A stretch of DNA of 64,000 bases from an uncultured Alsobacter sp. (GTDB lineage: Bacteria; Pseudomonadota; Alphaproteobacteria; Rhizobiales; Beijerinckiaceae), in the NCBI GenBank assembly GCA_964544365.1, contig CAZJCW010000001.1:14127-78126 (forward strand), given 5' to 3'. A program made the position numbers and the translations under genes. Positions within the stretch are counted from its first letter, which is position 1. Each line of letters opens with the position of its first letter. Under the pieces are notes generated by a model. It saw only the letters and a list, made by a program, of their open reading frames with translations, did no database searches and was not told the DNA's origin. Positions 58,039 to 64,000 of this stretch are shown piece after piece.

Positions 58039-59238
58039 TCAGGCCTGCGAGCGTCGGACCGTGAGGTCGGTGCGCTCGAAGACCGACGGCAGAAGCTCGA
58101 CTCCCAGGCCGGGTCCTTCCATCGGATAGACGAAGCCGTCCCGGATCGTCGGAAGCGTCGTGACGAGCTCCTTGTACCAGCCCGCGTAGAATGCCCGGAC
58201 CGACTCCTGGATGAGCGTGTTGGGCTGGCTGAACGACATGTGGATGCCGGCGATGAATCCCACCGGTCCGATGCAGTCGTGCGGCGCGAAGGGACGGTGG
58301 TAGGTCTCGGCCATCGCCGCGATCTTGCGGCCCTCGGTGAGCCCGCCGGTCCAGCACAGGTCGGCCATCACGACGTGCATGGCGTCGCGGTCGAGCATGT
58401 CCTTGTAGGGGTAGCGCGACCCCAGCGTCTCCGACGCGCAGATCCAGACATCCGTCGAGCGCGCCAGCTCGGCGAGGGCCTGCGGCGAGTTCATGCGGAT
58501 CGGGTCCTCGTACCAGGTCGGCTTGTAAGGCTCGAGAGCCTTGCAGATGACCTTCGCCATCGGCAGGTTCCACAGCGAGTGGAGCTCGACCATGATCTCC
58601 ATGCGGTCGCCGACCGCCTTGCGGATCTTCTCGAAGGGCTCGATGGCCTTGCGCATCTGGTCGGGCGTGATGAAGGCGCCCTGGTTCTCGATGGCCGGCG
58701 GATCGAAGGGCCAGATCTTCATGGCCGTGATGCCCTGTGCCAGGAGGCTTTCCGCCAGGGCGTCGGCCCGGTTCATGAAGGCATCGAGGTCTTCGTAGGG
58801 CCCTTCCGCCTCGTGGGTGGCCCAGTTGGCGACGGGCTTGATGTTGCGGGAGCGGACGTAGCCGTAACCGGCACAGGTGTTGTAGATGCGCTGCTTGTCC
58901 CGGCACAGGCCACCGAGCATCTGGTGGACCGGTTGGCCGCACACCTTGCCGAAGATGTCCCACAGCGCGATGTCGACGGCGGAAGCGGCGCGATACTCCA
59001 CGCCGGTGCAGGACTGCGCCATCGGCAGGCTCACCATCTCCCGATGCAGCGCCTCGATGTGCAGCGGATTCTTGCCGAGGAGCCGGATCGCCAGCGTGTC
59101 GTGGATGTGAGCCGCGACGGAGTCCGCGCCGTAGAAAGTCTCGCCGAGCCCGATGATGCCCGCATCGGTGTGGACCCGGACCCACAGCACGTTCGAGAAC
59201 TCGTCCGTCCGCATCGTCTCGATGGCCGTGATCTTCAT
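58039..59238 (-). CDS. enolase-superfamily enzyme, paralog of 27504..28709
   Basis: MKITAIETMRTDEFSNVLWVRVHTDAGIIGLGETFYG...; ITAMKIWPFD, WYEDP, CASETL, MADLCWTGG, APHDC. Confidence 0.88.
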   Translation of the reverse strand: MKITAIETMRTDEFSNVLWVRVHTDAGIIGLGETFYGADSVAAHIHDTLAIRLLGKNPLHIEALHREMVSLPMAQSCTGVEYRAASAVDIALWDIFGKVCGQPVHQMLGGLCRDKQRIYNTCAGYGYVRSRNIKPVANWATHEAEGPYEDLDAFMNRADALAESLLAQGITAMKIWPFDPPAIENQGAFITPDQMRKAIEPFEKIRKAVGDRMEIMVELHSLWNLPMAKVICKALEPYKPTWYEDPIRMNSPQALAELARSTDVWICASETLGSRYPYKDMLDRDAMHVVMADLCWTGGLTEGRKIAAMAETYHRPFAPHDCIGPVGFIAGIHMSFSQPNTLIQESVRAFYAGWYKELVTTLPTIRDGFVYPMEGPGLGVELLPSVFERTDLTVRRSQA

Positions 59239-59549
59239 GGCGTAGCCTTCCCCGGTGTCCGTCCCGCGAGCGGCCGTTCGCCGACCGCCGTCTCAGATCG
59301 TTGCCGTCGATCGTAGTGCCTCAAACGGCGCAAGCTCAACCGCTGCCTTGCAAAAGTCTCATCCCCGCGTTCCGGGCTCGTCCCGCGGGATGCCGGTCGC
59401 GCCATGCGTGCCGGGAGGCTCGGGGCCCTGCGGACTTTTTCTCCGGCCCCGCGATGGCAGCACCGGTCAGCAGACGCGGTCCGGCCTGTCCGTTTGTCGC
59501 AAAGCGGACGCGTCGACCGACGAACGTGCTAAGAAATTCAATCTGTCGT

Positions 59550-59565
59550 TGTGACACACATCAAA
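59550..59565. promoter_or_regulatory. CRP/FNR-like box TGTGA-N6-TCAAA
   Basis: tgtgacacacatcaaa. The left half matches the CRP consensus TGTGA perfectly, and the right half matches TCACA at 4 of 5 positions. Read with the preceding t, it gives TTGTG...ATCAA. Its right end is 58 bp upstream of the Crp/Fnr-family gene start at 59624. Confidence 0.45.
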
Positions 59566-59623
59566 GAGCGTTCGTCCGTTCCATGACCAAGCTCCAGCTA
59601 TCGTCACTCTGGAGCCCCCCCCG

Positions 59624-60367
59624 ATGAGGCCATCGATTGAACTTCTGCAGGGCCTGCCCATGCTCAAGGTCCTGCCCGTTACGTGTCTGGAGAGACTGGC
59701 CGGACAATCGGCCATTGAAAGCCGCCCGAAGGGCACGGTGATCCAGGAACAGGACGACCGTCCGTCCTACTTTTACTATCTCATCGACGGCACGATCGAG
59801 TGCAGCGCAAAGGTTTTCGATGTCGAGCGCTGCCTGACGTTCATCTACGCCGGCGAGTTTTTCCCGCTCAACGCGGTCGCGCTGGACGACGTGACGATAT
59901 CGTCCTACGCGGCGCTCACGGATTGCATCGTGCTGCGGATCCCCGCAGGGGTGATCCGCGAATGCCTGGTCAGTGCGCCGCAGTTCGCCTTCGCGGCCTT
60001 GCAGGAGTGCGCCAGCTATTGCCGCGATCTGATCCGCGAGAAGCAGGGCGCCCACATCCGCAACGGCGCGGACCGCCTCGCGGCCTGGCTCATCGCGGAA
60101 TCAAAAAGGCGCAAAGCGACGGCCCCGGTCGATATCTGCCTGCCGAAGGGCAAGATTGCCGACCTGCTCGGCTTCGCGCCGGAAATGCTGTCGCGCTACC
60201 TCACGATGCTGAAGGATTTCGGGGTCTCGTCGACGCACAACAAGATCAGGATCGACAGCCTGGAGGATCTCGGGCGCTTTCTCGAGCCCCCGTCCCTTGC
60301 GAAAGCGCCGGCGCCCGCCGACCCCGAGCGCGTCTTGCCGTTCGGCCGCGTCCGGACGAACCGCTAG
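59624..60367 (+). CDS. Crp/Fnr-family transcriptional regulator
   Basis: N-terminal cNMP-binding-like beta-roll (GTVIQEQDDRPSYFYYLIDGTIE) and C-terminal HTH (KGKIADLLGFAPEMLSRYLTMLKDFGV). Confidence 0.88.
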   Translation: MRPSIELLQGLPMLKVLPVTCLERLAGQSAIESRPKGTVIQEQDDRPSYFYYLIDGTIECSAKVFDVERCLTFIYAGEFFPLNAVALDDVTISSYAALTDCIVLRIPAGVIRECLVSAPQFAFAALQECASYCRDLIREKQGAHIRNGADRLAAWLIAESKRRKATAPVDICLPKGKIADLLGFAPEMLSRYLTMLKDFGVSSTHNKIRIDSLEDLGRFLEPPSLAKAPAPADPERVLPFGRVRTNR

Positions 60368-60371
60368 CCGT

Positions 60372-61301
60372 TCAGCCGATCTCCGCCAGCCGTCTCGACT
60401 GGCGGGCCAGAAGGCGCTCGATGTCCGCGATGTCCAGCGCGGACAGGGCGCCGGCGGGCTTCCGCAGCGCGGCAGAGCGGATCGCGCCGCGCTTGGCGAG
60501 GATGTACTTGCGGGCCAGCAGCCCGAAATTCGGCTGCTGCTCGTAGCGGGCGAGCGGGAGGTACGCGTCGAAGATGTCGTGCATGCGCTCGACGTCCCCG
60601 GCCCGGTGGGCGGCGCAGACCCCGGTCATCATCTCGGGGAACGCGAAGCCCGTCATCGCGCCGTCCGCCCCCCGCGACATTTCCTCGGGCAGGAAGATCC
60701 CTCCGTTGCCGCACAGGATCGAGATGCGGCGCGTCTCGCCCTTGTCGCTCGAGGCGCGGACGGCGGTGATCTTCGCCAGTCCCGGCCAGTCTTCGTGCTT
60801 CAGCATCACGCAGGTCGGCATGTTCTTGACGATCTTCAGGATCGTCCCGACGGCGATCTGCACGCCGCTGGCCAGCGGATAATCCTGCAGGACGAAGGGG
60901 ATAGGCCCCAGCATGGCGGCAGCGGTTTCGAAATAGCCGTAAATCTGGTCGTCCGTACGCAGCGTCCCCGGCGGCGCGATCATGACGCCCGCCGCTCCCA
61001 TGTCCATCACCTGCTCGGACAATTCCTTCATCGGCGCGAAGCCCGGCGACGACACGCCGGCGACGACCGGCACCCGTCCGCCGACCCGTGAGAGAACGCG
61101 CCGGACGACGGTCGCGGATTCCGCCGCGGTGAGCTTGGGCGCCTCGCCCATCATGCCGAGGACCGTCAGGCCCGTGGCGCCGCGTTCGAGGTAATAGTCG
61201 ACCATCGAGTCGATGCTGGCGAGGTCGAGCGCTCCGTCGTCGGAGAAGGGCGTGACGGTGATGATGTAGACGCCGGCGGCGGATTCATCGAGCAGTGCCA
61301 T
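60372..61301 (-). CDS. dihydrodipicolinate synthase/N-acetylneuraminate lyase (DapA) family class I aldolase/lyase
   Basis: ATG 61301. ITVTPFSDDGALD, GATGLTVLGMMGEAPKLT, PVVAGVSS, and VMLKHED (Schiff-base Lys region). Confidence 0.85.
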   Translation of the reverse strand: MALLDESAAGVYIITVTPFSDDGALDLASIDSMVDYYLERGATGLTVLGMMGEAPKLTAAESATVVRRVLSRVGGRVPVVAGVSSPGFAPMKELSEQVMDMGAAGVMIAPPGTLRTDDQIYGYFETAAAMLGPIPFVLQDYPLASGVQIAVGTILKIVKNMPTCVMLKHEDWPGLAKITAVRASSDKGETRRISILCGNGGIFLPEEMSRGADGAMTGFAFPEMMTGVCAAHRAGDVERMHDIFDAYLPLARYEQQPNFGLLARKYILAKRGAIRSAALRKPAGALSALDIADIERLLARQSRRLAEIG

Positions 61302-61320
61302 GGCCTCGAGGCTCCTGATG

Positions 61321-61989
61321 TCAGTGCGTTTCGCGTTGAAGAAGGACACGGCCGAGCGCCATCGCCGCGGCCGCCTGGGTGGGCTCGACCACCGGTATGC
61401 CGACGGCGTCCTCGAGTGGCTGTCGAAAGCGGGCCATGCCGGCGCACCCCATCACGAGGACGTCGGCGCCGTGGTCCCGCCGCAGCGTGCGGCCGACATC
61501 GACCATGCGTCGCAGGGTGGTTTCGCCGTCGGCGAGGTCCGCCACGCCCATGCCGATCGGCAGGTCGCCGGCGAAGCGTTGCATCACGCCCATCGCCCCG
61601 AAGTAGCGCAGGTGCCGCGGGATCGACGTCGCCAGGATGGCGATGACGCCGAAGCGCTGGCCGAGCGTCAGCGCGGTCAGCACGCCGCACTCGGCAATTC
61701 CCAGGACCGGTCGCCGGCTCTGCTCGCGCAAGGCATGCAGGCCCGGATCGCTGAAACAGGCGACGACGAAGGCCGAGGCCTCGTTCTCGATCGCCGAGGC
61801 CCGCCGCAGCAGCGGGCCGATGACTCCGTCCACGTCGCGCTGGGACTGGATGCCCGGCGGCCCTTCTTCCAGTGTCAAGCACGCGATCGGCGGACCGCCG
61901 GCCACCCGCAACGGCTCCATCGCGGCATCGATGCCCGCCGTCACGGCGGTCGAGGAGTTGGGGTTGATGACGTAGATCGTTCCGCCCAT
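61321..61989 (-). CDS. Asp/Glu/hydantoin racemase family protein
   Basis: ATG 61989 is preceded by GGAGG. The two-Cys motifs VVACFSDPGL and VLVMGCAGM are typical of this family. Confidence 0.85.
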   Translation of the reverse strand: MGGTIYVINPNSSTAVTAGIDAAMEPLRVAGGPPIACLTLEEGPPGIQSQRDVDGVIGPLLRRASAIENEASAFVVACFSDPGLHALREQSRRPVLGIAECGVLTALTLGQRFGVIAILATSIPRHLRYFGAMGVMQRFAGDLPIGMGVADLADGETTLRRMVDVGRTLRRDHGADVLVMGCAGMARFRQPLEDAVGIPVVEPTQAAAAMALGRVLLQRETH

Positions 61990-62011
61990 CGCAGCCTCCG
62001 CATCGCCCACG

Positions 62012-63469
62012 CTAGTGGTGCTCGATCTGGTCCGTGGCGCGAACATGCCGCCAGAACGTCGGCGGCGTCGCAAGTGCGTCGCGCATTCCGGCACGGTCGA
62101 GGAACCTCTCGGCCTCCCTCTGCGCGTCGTCGAGGATCTCGTCCTCGTCGACCAGCATCGCCTTGCGACCCTGCAGCGCGATGCGGCCATCGACGATCAC
62201 CGTGTCGACGTCGTTGCCGTTGGCGAAGTAGACGAGCCTGAACACGGGCATGTTCAGCGGATAGATGTGCGGCCGCCGCATGTCGAGGAGGACGACGTCG
62301 GCCTTCTTGCCGACCTCCAGGGATCCGATCTGGTCCGCCATCCCGAGGGCGCGGGCGCCGTCGATCGTGCACATCTCGAGGACGCGCCCCGGCGGCAGCC
62401 AGGTCGGATCGTGGTGGAACGTGCGATGGTAGTGCATGCACTGCTGCATGTGGCGGAACATGTCGCCCGACCGGTCCGGCGCCGTTGCGTCCGAGCCGAG
62501 GCACACGTTGGCGCCTGCCTCGAGGAGCTCCGTGACGGGACAGCGTGCGAGGATCGAGGCAACCGCACTCGGATTGTGCGCGATGTGCGTCCCCGTGTCG
62601 GCCACGATGCGGATCTCGTCGTCCGTCAGGCCGGTCGAGTGGGAGAGTAGCGCGTTCGGGCCGAGGACGCCGAGCTCGTGAGCATAGGCGACGCTGCCCC
62701 GCGTATGTCCGTCCTGCGTGAAGACGAGGCCCGCCTCCTTCGCAAGCCCCGCCACCTTCAGGGTCTGCTCGCGCGCGAGCGCGAGATCTGACGGGCTCAG
62801 GCTCTTCTCATGCTCCGCCCTCAAGGTCGGCGTGATCATCGCAATGTTGAGGCGTCCGCCATGGCTGCCGTGCCAGCGCTTGACGAGGGTCTCGCAACTC
62901 GCGAACTGCTCGTCGAAGCTCACCGGACGCTCCACCGCGACCCCGTCGACGAAGCGGGCGTAGGTGCGCGGGAAAGGCGGGCGGGTCGTTCCGATGGCGA
63001 TGACCGAACGCGTGCCCACTTCTCGGACGCCTTCGGCATGGGCGTCCCCGTAGACAGGCTCGTCGGTGCGCAGGATCGTGTCCCCGCCACCCAGCAGCGA
63101 GACGCCCGTGGTGACGCCGAAGCGCAGGCGCTCCAACGCAGCCAGCCTGGCCTCGGCACGCCAGAATTCCGGCGGGGAGGCGACCGTGTAGGCGACCTCG
63201 CAGGCCTTGTACCAGACGTCGCTGCGACCGCCGCCCATCGTCTTGATGAGGCCGTGTCCCGCATGGGCATGGCCGTCGACAAGGCCCGGCATCACCACCT
63301 TGTTCCTTGCATCGATGACCGTTGGCGCCGTGTGGGCTGCCGTCACGTCCGCCGTCGTTCCAACGGCGACGATGCGATCGGCCGTGATGGCGACGGCGCC
63401 GTCCTCGATCACGCGCCGCTCGCCGTCGAGCGTCACGACGATGCCGTTGACGATGAGAATGTCGGCCAT
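62012..63469 (-). CDS. amidohydrolase (Amidohydro_1; aminohydrolase/chlorohydrolase/deaminase-like)
   Basis: ATG 63469 is preceded by GGAGAGG. Motifs: ILIVNGIVVTLDG, VMPGLVDGHAHAGHG (HxH), HIAHNPSA, CLGSDA. Confidence 0.85.
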   Translation of the reverse strand: MADILIVNGIVVTLDGERRVIEDGAVAITADRIVAVGTTADVTAAHTAPTVIDARNKVVMPGLVDGHAHAGHGLIKTMGGGRSDVWYKACEVAYTVASPPEFWRAEARLAALERLRFGVTTGVSLLGGGDTILRTDEPVYGDAHAEGVREVGTRSVIAIGTTRPPFPRTYARFVDGVAVERPVSFDEQFASCETLVKRWHGSHGGRLNIAMITPTLRAEHEKSLSPSDLALAREQTLKVAGLAKEAGLVFTQDGHTRGSVAYAHELGVLGPNALLSHSTGLTDDEIRIVADTGTHIAHNPSAVASILARCPVTELLEAGANVCLGSDATAPDRSGDMFRHMQQCMHYHRTFHHDPTWLPPGRVLEMCTIDGARALGMADQIGSLEVGKKADVVLLDMRRPHIYPLNMPVFRLVYFANGNDVDTVIVDGRIALQGRKAMLVDEDEILDDAQREAERFLDRAGMRDALATPPTFWRHVRATDQIEHH

Positions 63470-63500
63470 GTCGCCTCTCCAGTTTTCGGTCTCGTCCGCC

Positions 63501-64000
63501 TCAGTCCGGCTCGCCGCGCACGCGGTCGAGCGTCGGCACGAGCGAGAGCAGGTGCCGTGTGTAGGAATGCTCGGGCGTCGTGAAGAGAGCCTCCGCCGCG
63601 GCCACTTCGACGAGCTTGCCGCTCTGCATGACCGCCACGCGGTCACACATCTGCCGGACGACGGCGAGGTCGTGGTTGATCAGCAGGAGCGTCAGCCCGG
63701 TGGCGTCGCGCAGATCCTTCAGAAGGTTCAGGATCTGTGCCTGGACGGAGACGTCCAGGGACGATGTCGGCTCGTCGCATACGATCAGGGTCGGCCGGGC
63801 GCCGAGGGCGCGGGCGATCGAGAGGCGCTGGCGCTGGCCTCCCGAGAAGGCGTGCGGGTAACGCTGCGCCGCGTCGCTCTCCATGCCCACGGCCTCGATC
63901 AGCGTCTCGACGTCTCGCGCGGCCTCGTCGCGTGTCGCGGCGAGTCGATAGAAAAGGATCGGTTCGGAGAGGATCGACCCGACGCGCATGCGCGCATTCA
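63501..64000 (-). CDS. ABC transporter ATP-binding protein (peptide type, DppF-like), C-terminal part; gene continues beyond the right edge
   Basis: [37 protein letters not shown] and the C-terminal HSYTRHLL. Walker A lies outside the window. Confidence 0.85.
   Translation of the reverse strand, partial: NARMRVGSILSEPILFYRLAATRDEAARDVETLIEAVGMESDAAQRYPHAFSGGQRQRLSIARALGARPTLIVCDEPTSSLDVSVQAQILNLLKDLRDATGLTLLLINHDLAVVRQMCDRVAVMQSGKLVEVAAAEALFTTPEHSYTRHLLSLVPTLDRVRGEPD

Overview
The window is a GC-rich, densely coding chromosomal segment. Codon bias and gene content look alphaproteobacterial or Rhizobiales-like, but that is inference only. I can support about 58 protein-coding genes. I found no rRNA, tRNA, CRISPR array, transposase or integrase. 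Many long ORFs in the supplied track are antisense or out-of-frame shadows typical of high-GC DNA, and I rejected them.

The most unusual part is the left 14 kb (1..14023). It holds four glycosyltransferases (two GT4, two GT28-like/COG4671-like) and three paralogous APH-fold kinase domains. One kinase domain is fused to a GT28-like domain, and another overlaps the stop of a GT4 gene. The locus also has a histidine phosphatase translationally coupled (GTGA) to the third kinase. Two different ABC exporters are present: an MsbA-type half-transporter and a split MacAB/DevBCA-like adaptor + ATPase + FtsX-permease set. The six genes from 6130 to 14023 overlap or are separated by 10 nt or less, so they probably form one operon linking the enzymes to the exporter. 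That operon is preceded by six perfectly phased 11-bp tandem repeats (GCGTCAGCnnn) and a 20-bp perfect palindrome. I do not recognise this gene set as a named pathway. I propose it as a candidate phospho-glycoconjugate (glycolipid or oligosaccharide) assembly-and-export system.

The remaining 50 kb is a mosaic of catabolic islands. There are five complete ABC importers plus a partial sixth at the right edge (family-5 peptide/opine type, PotABCD type, NitT/TauT type). Each sits next to a local regulator (3 GntR/FCD, 1 LacI, 1 Crp/Fnr) and to metabolic enzymes. These enzymes include four enolase-superfamily members, an IlvD/Edd dehydratase, an RraA-like aldolase, amidohydrolases, a dihydropyrimidinase/hydantoinase and an Asp/Glu/hydantoin racemase. 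They also include a DapA-like lyase, an FAH-family protein, an AstE/AspA-type deacylase and a cytoplasmic GGT-like protein.

Other notable items are a gene-free stretch of about 750 bp (15779..16532), an orphan CheY-like receiver next to an orphan NicX-like (M29-fold) protein, and an SLT-SPOR lytic transglycosylase overlapping a methyltransferase at the tail of the hydantoinase operon. All functional calls rest on motifs read by eye from the translations. No database search was run, and start codons are often ambiguous.
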